From assembly GCA_041613315.1 (NCBI GenBank), contig JBFJHJ010000040.1, positions 1-23,012 on the forward strand: a DNA stretch of 23,012 nt. The letters are read 5' to 3'. The position numbers and the translations under genes are program-made. Below are positions 8,613 through 16,768 of the stretch, one piece after another (the first letter of the stretch is position 1; every line of letters begins with the position of its first letter). The DNA comes from Gemmatimonadales bacterium. Lineage in GTDB: Bacteria; Gemmatimonadota; Gemmatimonadetes; Gemmatimonadales; GWC2-71-9. The notes beneath the pieces were generated by a model. That model saw nothing but the letters and a program-made list of their open reading frames with translations, made no database searches and had not been told where the DNA came from.

Positions 8613-8641
8613 GAGAACTGGCGCGAGAGGCAGGAGGGGTC

Positions 8642-9982
8642 ATGAATGCGATGGGCACGATGCGACAGCGCGGCGCGCGACAGCGACCGTGGCCGCCGGG
8701 AGATCGCGCGAGCGCGCTGACACGTGGCATAGGGTGCGCGAGTCTGCTGGCGCTCGTCCTCGCCGGGGCCCTCGAGGCGCAGTCGGCAGTGCCCAGCGCC
8801 GCAGCCCTGGTGCAGGCCGACGTGCGCTGGCTCGCGGACGACGGCCGGGAAGGCCGGGGCGTGGGCACCGCCGGCCTCGACTCCGCAGCGGCGTATATCG
8901 CACGCCGATTCCGCGACGTGGGTCTGCGTCCCGGCGGCACCGACGGGTACTTCCAGCCGTTCCGTTTGGATCCCTCCGCGCCGGCTCTGGCGCATGCGGG
9001 CATCACGTCGGAGGCACCGGTGCGGAACGTGATCGGGGTGATCCCGGGCCGCGGCACGCTTGCCGGAGAGACCGTCGTCCTCGGCGCGCACTACGATCAC
9101 CTCGGGTTGGGTGGGATGGGGAGCCTCGATCCCGACAGCGCGGGCGTGGTCCATAACGGTGCGGACGACAACGCGAGCGGCACCGCCGCGCTCATCGAGG
9201 CCGCACGCCTGCTCGTGGCGCGGCGGACGTCGAGCCACCGCACCGTCGTGTTCGTCGCATTCACCGCCGAGGAGCTCGGCTTGATCGGCTCGGAGCATTA
9301 CGCCCGCCACCCGACGCCGGGCGGTCCCACGGTCGCGATGATCAATTTCGACATGGTCGGGCGGCTGGAAGACGACTCGCTCGTCGTGATCGGGACGGGG
9401 TCGGCGCCGGAGTGGCCAGCGCTGCTGGATTCGGTGAACGCGCGGCGCGGGCTCCCGCTGAGCCGGGTGGCCGATCCCTGGGGGCGGAGCGATCACTCCT
9501 CGTTCTACGGGCGCGGCATTCCGGTCATTCACTTCTTCACCAACACGCACGCGGACTACCATCGCACGACCGACGACTGGGTGCGGATCGACGCCCCCGG
9601 TCTGGCACGGGTGGCGGCGCTCGCGGCAGACCTCGCGTGGGCGCTCGCCACGCGGCGGGAGGCCCCGACTTTCGTGGACGTGCCCCGACCGCAGCCCATC
9701 GCTGGGGGCGGTTACGGCGCATACCTCGGAACGATCCCGGACATGAGCGAATCCCCCGGTGGCGTGCGGCTGACGGGCGTGCGCGCGGGGAGCCCCGCCG
9801 ACAGCGCCGGGGTCCGCGGCGGCGACACCCTCATTCAGCTCGGGGACTTCACGATCACCAACCTCTACGACATGACCGAGGCCTTGCGGAGCCACACACC
9901 GGGTGACGTCGTGACGCTCGTCGTGCTCCGCGACGGCCAGCGGATCGAGCTGACGGCGACGCTCGGGAGGCGGGGTGGCTGA
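8642..9982 (+). CDS. Secreted M28 family metallopeptidase with C-terminal PDZ domain
   Basis: Signal-peptide-like LLALVLAGALEAQ; motifs GAHYDHLG, GADDNASG, AEELGLIGS, NFDMVG, SDH and YH; PDZ region YLGTIPD...GSPADSAGVRGGD. Exact start uncertain (8642, 8651 or 8660). Confidence 0.92.
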   Translation: MNAMGTMRQRGARQRPWPPGDRASALTRGIGCASLLALVLAGALEAQSAVPSAAALVQADVRWLADDGREGRGVGTAGLDSAAAYIARRFRDVGLRPGGTDGYFQPFRLDPSAPALAHAGITSEAPVRNVIGVIPGRGTLAGETVVLGAHYDHLGLGGMGSLDPDSAGVVHNGADDNASGTAALIEAARLLVARRTSSHRTVVFVAFTAEELGLIGSEHYARHPTPGGPTVAMINFDMVGRLEDDSLVVIGTGSAPEWPALLDSVNARRGLPLSRVADPWGRSDHSSFYGRGIPVIHFFTNTHADYHRTTDDWVRIDAPGLARVAALAADLAWALATRREAPTFVDVPRPQPIAGGGYGAYLGTIPDMSESPGGVRLTGVRAGSPADSAGVRGGDTLIQLGDFTITNLYDMTEALRSHTPGDVVTLVVLRDGQRIELTATLGRRGG

Positions 9983-10436
9983 GCCGGTTCTGCACGCCGA
10001 CGCGATCGTGCGGGCTCTGCATGCCGCGTACTGCCGCAACGCCTCGCGACGAGAGCTGCTCCAACTCGTGGCCACGAAGCTGCGGGCGGCGGGTCCGCCG
10101 TACACCGGCATCTACCTCTATATGGTGCACGGGGACGAGCTGGTGCTCGAAGCCTACGACGGGCGCCCGACCGACCACACACACATCCCGGTCGGGACCG
10201 GCATCTGCGGCCGCGCCGTTGCCGAGCGCCGCGACCTCAACGTGCGGGACGTGACGCAGGCCGATGGTTATCTGGCGTGCAGCGTCGAGACTCGCTCCGA
10301 GCTCGTGGCCCTGATCCGGCGCAACGATGAGATCCTGGGTCAGATTGACGTCGACAGCGACATCCCCGACGGCTTCCCCGCGGCGGAGGAGGCCGCGGTG
10401 CGGGAGGTGGCCGACGCGCTGGCGGCGCTCCTGTGA
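9975..10436 (+). CDS. GAF-domain protein, free methionine-R-sulfoxide reductase (fRMsr/MsrC)-like
   Basis: Motifs GIYLY, GICGRA, YLACS..TRSELV and GQIDVDS. SD GGGAGG at 9965-9970. Confidence 0.8.
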   Translation: MAEPVLHADAIVRALHAAYCRNASRRELLQLVATKLRAAGPPYTGIYLYMVHGDELVLEAYDGRPTDHTHIPVGTGICGRAVAERRDLNVRDVTQADGYLACSVETRSELVALIRRNDEILGQIDVDSDIPDGFPAAEEAAVREVADALAALL

Positions 10437-11293
10437 AGGGCGCACGCAGCGTCGCGACGGCGCTCGAGGAGACGGTGGGCGTCGACGGCGTCGAGCTCTA
10501 TACGCGCACCGTGGGCGCCGGTCCGGACGTGGTGGTCCTGCACGGCGGGCCGGGGGCCCATCACGATTACCTACTTCCCCAGTTCGACGCGCTCGCCACG
10601 GGGCGCCGGCTTCGCTACTACGATCAGCGGGGGGGCGGTCGCTCGGCTGTGGCGCGCGACGTGCCCGTCGGCTGGCGTCGACAGGTGGCGGATCTCGAGG
10701 CGTTGCTGGACTACTGGGACCTCGCCGCCGCGCCGCTGCTCGGCTATTCGTGGGGCGGGCTGCTCGCGCTCCTCTTCGCGGTGACGCATCCGACGCGGGT
10801 GGCGCGGCTCGCGCTCGTCTCGCCCGCCGCGATCACGGTGGCGCACCGGCGCGCGTTCGAGGCTCGGTTCGCCGAGCGCATGCGCGATCCGCGTATCGTG
10901 GAGGCACGCCGCGCTCTCCAAGCGTCGGAGCTGCGCGAGCGCGATCCCGAGGCCTACCGCCAGCGGCTGTTCGAGCTCTCCGTCGCCGGCTACTTCCGAG
11001 ATCCCGAACGGGCCCGCGACCTCACCCCGTTTCGGGTGACGGGACGCACCCAGCAGGAGGTGTGGGCCAGCCTCGGCGCGTACGACCTCACCGGCGACCT
11101 GCGTGCGCTCTCGGTGCCGGCCCTGGTAACGCACGGGCGGTACGATCCCATCCCTCTCGAGAGCGCCGAGCGCACGGCACGGGTGCTGGGCGCCCCGTTC
11201 GAGATCTTCGAGCACTCCGGGCACGTGCCCTACGTAGAGGAGTTCGACCGGTTTGTGGAGGTGCTCGACGGATTTCTACCGACGGCGGCGTGA
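10433..11293 (+). CDS. Alpha/beta hydrolase, proline iminopeptidase (S33)-like
   Basis: HGGPG oxyanion motif, YDQRGGGRS, nucleophile elbow GYSWGG, GRYD and SGHVP (Ser-Asp-His triad). Confidence 0.88.
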   Translation: MKGARSVATALEETVGVDGVELYTRTVGAGPDVVVLHGGPGAHHDYLLPQFDALATGRRLRYYDQRGGGRSAVARDVPVGWRRQVADLEALLDYWDLAAAPLLGYSWGGLLALLFAVTHPTRVARLALVSPAAITVAHRRAFEARFAERMRDPRIVEARRALQASELRERDPEAYRQRLFELSVAGYFRDPERARDLTPFRVTGRTQQEVWASLGAYDLTGDLRALSVPALVTHGRYDPIPLESAERTARVLGAPFEIFEHSGHVPYVEEFDRFVEVLDGFLPTAA

Positions 11294-11958
11294 ACCGGCT
11301 GGACCCCTTTACCTACGCGTTCGCGGACCTGGCCGAGTCGCGATTCGCGACGGTCCGCCGCGAGGCGGCTGCTCGTGGGACCGGCGCGGGCCATCGGGCG
11401 TCGTTTGCCGCGCTGCCGGCGGTGCAGCGGATTCTCGCCGAGATCGAAACGCCGGAGCTCATCGCCGCCGCGCCGCAGGCGGCCGCCGAGTATCTCCATA
11501 CGCTGTACGTCGCATTCCTGTTCTGGGACGCCGGCCGCCGAGTCGTTGCGCTGGAGCGCTCGGCGCTCGATGGTGCGCTGGGCGGCGACCCACCTCGTGT
11601 GCTCCCTCCGGTGCCGTCCGGCGCCTGCTATGTCCAGCTGCCCGAGCGGTGGTTCTGGGCGCGCGTCGGTCCGGACGACCCACCCGAGCCCCTGGACGGC
11701 GTGTTCGTCGTCTCGTCGGGCGACGGGCGCGAGATCACGGCGGTGGCCGTGCTCGGGCTGCGCCCGGATCGCGACGGCTTCAGCCAGATCGCGGTGACGG
11801 CGACGCCCGCCGAGGTCCTGGAGGCGCGGGCGGCGTCGCGCACGCCGCCCTTCGCGAGCGTGCTCGAGGGAGGCGACCGGGCCGGCGTGCGATCCCTCGT
11901 GACGACGGGTGAGCTGTTGCATCTGGTGCAACTCGCGTTGGCGGTAGCCGCGGGGTAG
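11290..11958 (+). CDS. Hypothetical protein (~222 aa)
   Basis: GTG at 11290 overlaps the upstream stop (GTGA). Composition is protein-like (CYVQLPERWFW, PLDGVFVV) and it fills the operon gap. It is the 3' part of track ORF 10327-11958. Confidence 0.75.
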   Translation: MNRLDPFTYAFADLAESRFATVRREAAARGTGAGHRASFAALPAVQRILAEIETPELIAAAPQAAAEYLHTLYVAFLFWDAGRRVVALERSALDGALGGDPPRVLPPVPSGACYVQLPERWFWARVGPDDPPEPLDGVFVVSSGDGREITAVAVLGLRPDRDGFSQIAVTATPAEVLEARAASRTPPFASVLEGGDRAGVRSLVTTGELLHLVQLALAVAAG

Positions 11959-11980
11959 GTTGGGGAAAGATGTGACCATT

Positions 11981-12103
11981 CTGTCCGTTTCCCGTCGTCC
12001 GTATGCCGTGCGGCGGAGTGCGGCCTCGCAAGTCGCCGTCACGCCCGGCCGTCCCCGCTTCGATCGCCGCGCGAACGGAACACGGGTAACGGATGACGGA
12101 CGG
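11981..12103. repeat. Long imperfect inverted repeat built from 7-nt-period CCGT/ACGG units
   Basis: CCGT at 11985, 11992, 11999 and 12006; ACGG at 12075, 12082, 12089, 12096 and 12100. Confidence 0.7.
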
Positions 12104-12112
12104 CGTGCTTTC

Positions 12113-13840
12113 ATGGACCGACACGACGTCGCACAGGCGCTCCAGGAGATCGCCGCCTACCTCGCATTCACCGGTGAGGACCACTTCCGCATCCGGGCAT
12201 ACGAAACCGCCGCCCGCGCGGTGCAGGCGTATCAGGGCGACCTGCGCGAGGGACTGGCGAGCGGCGAGTTGGCCGCGCTCAAGGGCATCGGTCCGGCGAC
12301 GCTCGAGGTGATCGGCGAGGTGCTGGGTACCGGCACCAGCCGGATCCTGGAGGACCTCCGGGACCGCGTTCCCCCCGGGCTGGTGGAGATGCTGCGCATT
12401 TCGGGCCTGGGCGTCGCGAAAGTCCGTCAGATCTATGACACCCTGCACATCGACACGATGGGGGAACTCGAACAGGCGGCGCGGGATGGCCGGCTCGCGA
12501 GCCTCCCCCGCTTTGGGACCAAGACCGCCGACAACATTCTCAAGGGGATCCAGTTCCTGCGGCAGGCGAGCGAGTTCCGCTTGCTGCACCACGCGCTGGA
12601 GGAAGCGGCGGCACTGGCGAAGGTGCTCTCGGGCCTGCCCGGGGTGATGCGTGCGGAGGTGGCGGGCAGCGTACGACGCCGCCGCGAGTTGATCCGCGAT
12701 CTGGACTTCGTCGTGGAGCTCGCGGGTGAGCCCGGAGCGCTGCTTCGGCGCCTCGGTGCGGTGCCGGGGGTGCGAGAGTTCGTCACCGAGTCCGATCGCG
12801 CCTTGACCTTACGCTTCACCAGCGGGACCGTGGCGGACGTGTACTGGTCGGGACCCGACACGTTCGGGCTGCAGCTGGTACGAGCCACCGGCAGTGCGGA
12901 GCACCTCGAGGCGCTGGCCGCCCGCGCGGCGGCTGTGGGGGTGACGTGGCACGACACCGGATTGGAGCGGGACGGGGTGCGCCTGCCGACTCACGACGAG
13001 GGGGACGTGTACCGAGCGCTGTCGTTGCCCTGCATCCCGGCGGAGCTCCGTGAGGGGCGCGGCGAGGTGGAGGCGGCGGTCGCCGGGCGGCTCCCGGCGG
13101 TCGTGACGGTGGGCGACATCCGCGGATTCATCCATTGCCACTCGGACTATTCCGACGGCGGAAGCACGGTGCGGGAGTGGGCCGAGGCGGCGCGGGCGGC
13201 GGGCTACGCGTACGTCGGCATCACCGACCATAGTCAGGCGTCCACCTACGCCGGTGGCCTCAGCGCCGCCGACATCCACCGCCAGCACGCGGAGATCGAC
13301 GCGGTCAACGCCGAGGGCCTGGGCCTGCGGGTGCTCAAGGGCGTCGAGGCGGACATCCTGTTCGACGGCACGCTCGATTACACACCCGAAGTCCGCGCCT
13401 CGTTCGACTTCATCATCGCCTCGGTGCATTCCCGCCACGGTATGACGCGCCGCCAGATGACCGACCGCCTCCTCACGGCGATGGACGATCCGCACATGGC
13501 GATCCTGGGACATCCCACTGGGCGACTTCTCCTCTCGCGCGATCCGTACCCGGTGGACTGGGATGCGGTGTTCGACAAGGCGGCGGCCACCGGCGTGGCG
13601 ATCGAGATCAACGCGGATCCCCAGCGGTTGGACCTGGACTGGCAGGCCGTCCGCGACGCGGTCGCACGCGGCGTCACGATTTCCATCGGAGCGGACGCGC
13701 ACAGCGTCGCGGGGATGCCGAACATGGAGCTGGGTGTGGCGATCGCCCGCAAGGGATGGCTTACGCCGGCCCAGGTGCTCAACACCCGACCGGTGGACGG
13801 CTTCCTCGATCACGCGCGGCAACGGAGGGCACGGGGGTGA
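12113..13840 (+). CDS. polX: DNA polymerase X family protein with PHP (3'-5' exonuclease/phosphoesterase) domain
   Basis: FRIRAYETAA, HhH motifs (LKGIGP, ISGLGVAK, LPRFGTKT), GSVRR...DLD and TGS..H; PHP motifs HCHSDYSDG, TDHS, GVEADI, SVHS, GHPTGR, EIN and DAH. Confidence 0.93.
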   Translation: MDRHDVAQALQEIAAYLAFTGEDHFRIRAYETAARAVQAYQGDLREGLASGELAALKGIGPATLEVIGEVLGTGTSRILEDLRDRVPPGLVEMLRISGLGVAKVRQIYDTLHIDTMGELEQAARDGRLASLPRFGTKTADNILKGIQFLRQASEFRLLHHALEEAAALAKVLSGLPGVMRAEVAGSVRRRRELIRDLDFVVELAGEPGALLRRLGAVPGVREFVTESDRALTLRFTSGTVADVYWSGPDTFGLQLVRATGSAEHLEALAARAAAVGVTWHDTGLERDGVRLPTHDEGDVYRALSLPCIPAELREGRGEVEAAVAGRLPAVVTVGDIRGFIHCHSDYSDGGSTVREWAEAARAAGYAYVGITDHSQASTYAGGLSAADIHRQHAEIDAVNAEGLGLRVLKGVEADILFDGTLDYTPEVRASFDFIIASVHSRHGMTRRQMTDRLLTAMDDPHMAILGHPTGRLLLSRDPYPVDWDAVFDKAAATGVAIEINADPQRLDLDWQAVRDAVARGVTISIGADAHSVAGMPNMELGVAIARKGWLTPAQVLNTRPVDGFLDHARQRRARG

Positions 13841-14508
13841 CGAAGACCAGGAGCGTCGCGGCGCGCCCCAGCCTCCGAAACGCCAAGGAGCGCACTCGGC
13901 CCATCATCCGGAAGCTCCGGCGTCGTTACCCGGAGGCGCGGTGCGCGCTCGACCACGAGAACCCACTCCAGCTGCTCGTGGCGACCATCCTGAGCGCCCA
14001 GTGCACCGACGTGCGGGTGAACATGGTGACGCGCGAGCTCTTCACGAAATACCGGACCGCCGCCGACTACGCGAACGCCGATCCCGCGGCGTTCGAGGAG
14101 GACATCAAATCCACCGGCTTCTACCGGAACAAGACCAAGTCGATCCTGGGAATGGCGCAGGCGCTGCTGGAGCGGCACGGCGCCGACGTGCCGCGCACCA
14201 TGGACGAGCTCACGGCGCTGCCGGGCGTGGGGCGAAAGACGGCCAATGTCGTCCTCGGGACGGCCTTTGGCCGGAACGACGGCGTGGTGGTGGACACCCA
14301 TGTGCGCCGGATCGCGAACCGATTGAAGCTGACGACCAAACACGATCCCGAAAAGATCGAGCAGGACCTCATGCGGCTGGTGCCGCGCAAAGACTGGACC
14401 GACTTCTCTCACCTCCTCATCCACCACGGGCGACAGATCTGTGTGGCGCGGAGCCCCAAGTGCGAGATCTGTCCCGTGCACACGCTGTGCCCGGCCTCGA
14501 CGGTGTGA
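13837..14508 (+). CDS. nth: Endonuclease III (DNA glycosylase/AP lyase)
   Basis: LLVATILSAQCTD, HhH LPGVGRKTAN, VDTHV and the 4Fe-4S motif C-X6-C-X2-C-X5-C. GTG at 13837 overlaps the polX stop. Confidence 0.96.
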   Translation: MTKTRSVAARPSLRNAKERTRPIIRKLRRRYPEARCALDHENPLQLLVATILSAQCTDVRVNMVTRELFTKYRTAADYANADPAAFEEDIKSTGFYRNKTKSILGMAQALLERHGADVPRTMDELTALPGVGRKTANVVLGTAFGRNDGVVVDTHVRRIANRLKLTTKHDPEKIEQDLMRLVPRKDWTDFSHLLIHHGRQICVARSPKCEICPVHTLCPASTV

Positions 14509-14529
14509 TCAGGGACGTGCGTTCCCTGA
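14509..14529 (+). terminator. Hairpin immediately after the nth stop (possible terminator or stabiliser)
   Basis: TCAGGGA-N7-TCCCTGA, a perfect 7-bp stem; no U-tract. Confidence 0.35.
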
Positions 14530-14631
14530 GCCGGGTGCGAGACGGGTGACCCGGTCCAGGCCAGGGACGACCGAACAACGGGTAACGGGTGACACTTCCC
14601 TTACGTCCGTTGTGCTCCCATCATACACCAC

Positions 14632-16743
14632 ATGACCGCGCGCCTCGCGACCCAGCAGTCGTCCTATCTCCGGTCGGCGAAAGATCAGCCTGTCCACTGG
14701 TATCCGTGGAGCGACGAGGCGTTCGCGCGCGCGCGCCGCGAGGCAAGACCGATTCTGCTCGACATCGGCGCGGTGTGGTGTCACTGGTGCCACGTGATGG
14801 ACCACGAGTCGTACGAAGATCCCGAGATCGCCGAGTTGCTCAACCGCGACTGGGTGTGTATCAAAGTGGACCGTGACGAGCGGCCCGATGTGGACGCACG
14901 CTACCAGCGCGCCGTGCAGGCCCTCACCGGTCAGGGCGGCTGGCCCTTGACGGCGTTCCTCACGCCCGATGGCGACGTCTTCTACGGCGGCACGTATTTC
15001 CCGCCGGACGGGAAACACGGCCGGCCGGGGTTTCGCGCCGTCCTCACCGAGCTGGCCCGTCTGTACCGTGAGGACCCCGAGCGGGTCGCGAGGCAGGCCG
15101 GCGAGATCGCCGGACGCCTCCGGGCCGCTCGGACCGAGGCGACGCAGGGTTCGCTCTCCCCCGAGGTCCTCGCCGAGGCCGCCGACCACATGGCCCGCCA
15201 GTTTGATTTCCGCCACGGCGGGTTCGGCGCCCAGCCCAAGTTCCCGCACCCGGGCGCGTGTGACTTCCTGCTCAACCGCTGGTTCGACACGCGCCAGACG
15301 TGGCAGTGGGAGATCGTGGAGCGCACGCTCTCGGGGATGGCCCGTGGTGGCATCCGGGATCACGTGGGTGGCGGTTTCCACCGCTACGCCGTGGACGCGC
15401 GGTGGATCGTGCCGCATTTCGAGAAGATGCTGTACGACAATTCGGAGCTGCTCCGGGCGTACGTGCACGCGGCGGGGGCCGCGGCCGCTCCTGCCCCCGC
15501 GGCCCCTTCTCCCCCGGGAGACGCGGGGCAGCTCTACACCGAAGTCATCGACGGCATCGTCCGGTGGGTCAGCGAGGTCATGTCCGATCCCGCCGGAGGC
15601 TATCACGCGTCGCAAGACGCCGACGTGGGACCCGACGACGACGGTGACTACTTCACGTGGACCCCGGACGAGGCGCGCGCGGTCGTGGCGCCGGACGAGT
15701 TCGAGGCGCTCACGCGCCACTACGACATCGACGAGGCCGGGGAGATGCATCACCACGCCGGTAAGAACGTCCTGTGGATCCGGCAGCCACCGGAGGCGAT
15801 CGCGGCGGCGATGCAGCGCACCCCCGAGGACGTCGAACGGTTGCTCGCGGCCGGCCGCGCCAAACTCAAGCGCGCGCGGGACGCGCGGCCCACGCCCTTC
15901 GTGGATCGCACGCTCTACACCGGCTGGAACGCGATGATGGCCTCGGCGATGCTCGAGGCCGCCGCGTTTCTGGATCGCCCCGACTTGGAGCGCCACGCGC
16001 TCGCGACGCTCGAACGGCTGTTTCGGGAGGCCGCCGCGCCCGATCTCGCGGGCGGGATGCGCCATGCCCCGGGAAGCGACGTGGACGGCATCCTGGACGA
16101 CCAGGTCCAAGCCGCGGCGGCGGCCTTGGACGCCTACGAGGCAACGGGCGACGACGCCTGGCAGGACCGGGCCGGTCGGCTCATGGAGCTGGTCTGGCGG
16201 GACTACCGCGCCGACGACGGCGGCCTGCGGGATACGGCACGCGGCCGAGGCGGCGTCGGGTTCCTCGCGCACGAGCTCACGCCGGCGCAGGATGCACCGA
16301 CGCCCTCTCCCAACGGGGTCGCCGGCATCGTGATCGCGCGCCTCGCGGCGCATGCCGGGGACGAGCGGTGGAGCGAGCGGTGCCGCGCGCTGCTCGATGC
16401 GTTCGCCGGCGGGCTCGCCGAGCTCTCGGTGTTCGGCGCGACGCTGCTTCGGGCCGCCGATTGGGCACTGATGCCGTTGACCCACGTGGTGGTGGTTGGA
16501 GAAGACGACGAGGCGACGATGCGGCTCCACCGCGCCGCGCGCGCGGCCTTTCGGCCGCGCAAGGTGCTGACCCGGCTCGCGCCCGACGCCACCTCCCGGA
16601 ACCGGCTGCCCCCCGTCTTGCAGGCGATGCTGGACGGCGCGGCACCCCGCGCCTATGTCTGCGCGGGGACTCAGTGCGCCGCGCCGATGACGGCGCCCGA
16701 CGCGCTCACCCGAACGCTCGCCACCTTCGGGCTCGGGAACTGA
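14632..16743 (+). CDS. Thioredoxin-domain protein, YyaL/SPATA20 (DUF255) family
   Basis: PVHWYPW, WCHWCHVMDHES, IKVDRDERPDVD, GQGGWPLT, GGFGAQPKFP, GGFHRYAVD..W.VPHFEKMLYDN and C-terminal AYVC...C. Confidence 0.93.
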   Translation: MTARLATQQSSYLRSAKDQPVHWYPWSDEAFARARREARPILLDIGAVWCHWCHVMDHESYEDPEIAELLNRDWVCIKVDRDERPDVDARYQRAVQALTGQGGWPLTAFLTPDGDVFYGGTYFPPDGKHGRPGFRAVLTELARLYREDPERVARQAGEIAGRLRAARTEATQGSLSPEVLAEAADHMARQFDFRHGGFGAQPKFPHPGACDFLLNRWFDTRQTWQWEIVERTLSGMARGGIRDHVGGGFHRYAVDARWIVPHFEKMLYDNSELLRAYVHAAGAAAAPAPAAPSPPGDAGQLYTEVIDGIVRWVSEVMSDPAGGYHASQDADVGPDDDGDYFTWTPDEARAVVAPDEFEALTRHYDIDEAGEMHHHAGKNVLWIRQPPEAIAAAMQRTPEDVERLLAAGRAKLKRARDARPTPFVDRTLYTGWNAMMASAMLEAAAFLDRPDLERHALATLERLFREAAAPDLAGGMRHAPGSDVDGILDDQVQAAAAALDAYEATGDDAWQDRAGRLMELVWRDYRADDGGLRDTARGRGGVGFLAHELTPAQDAPTPSPNGVAGIVIARLAAHAGDERWSERCRALLDAFAGGLAELSVFGATLLRAADWALMPLTHVVVVGEDDEATMRLHRAARAAFRPRKVLTRLAPDATSRNRLPPVLQAMLDGAAPRAYVCAGTQCAAPMTAPDALTRTLATFGLGN

Positions 16744-16768
16744 CGACCACCCTTCGCCGTCGAGCGAC

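Noticed and set aside
8662..8685. 9-bp direct repeat GCGACAGCG in the M28 5' region
   Set aside because: Short, in-frame (RQR twice) and plausible by chance.
11981..12103. Periodic repeats as a CRISPR array or tRNA
   Set aside because: Units are 7 nt with 4-nt cores, there is no repeat-spacer architecture or cas gene, and no cloverleaf or T-loop motif.
11960..12112. N-terminal extension of PolX from TTG 11960
   Set aside because: The extension is Arg-rich and spans the inverted repeat; the PolX-like sequence begins at MDRHDVAQALQE (12113).
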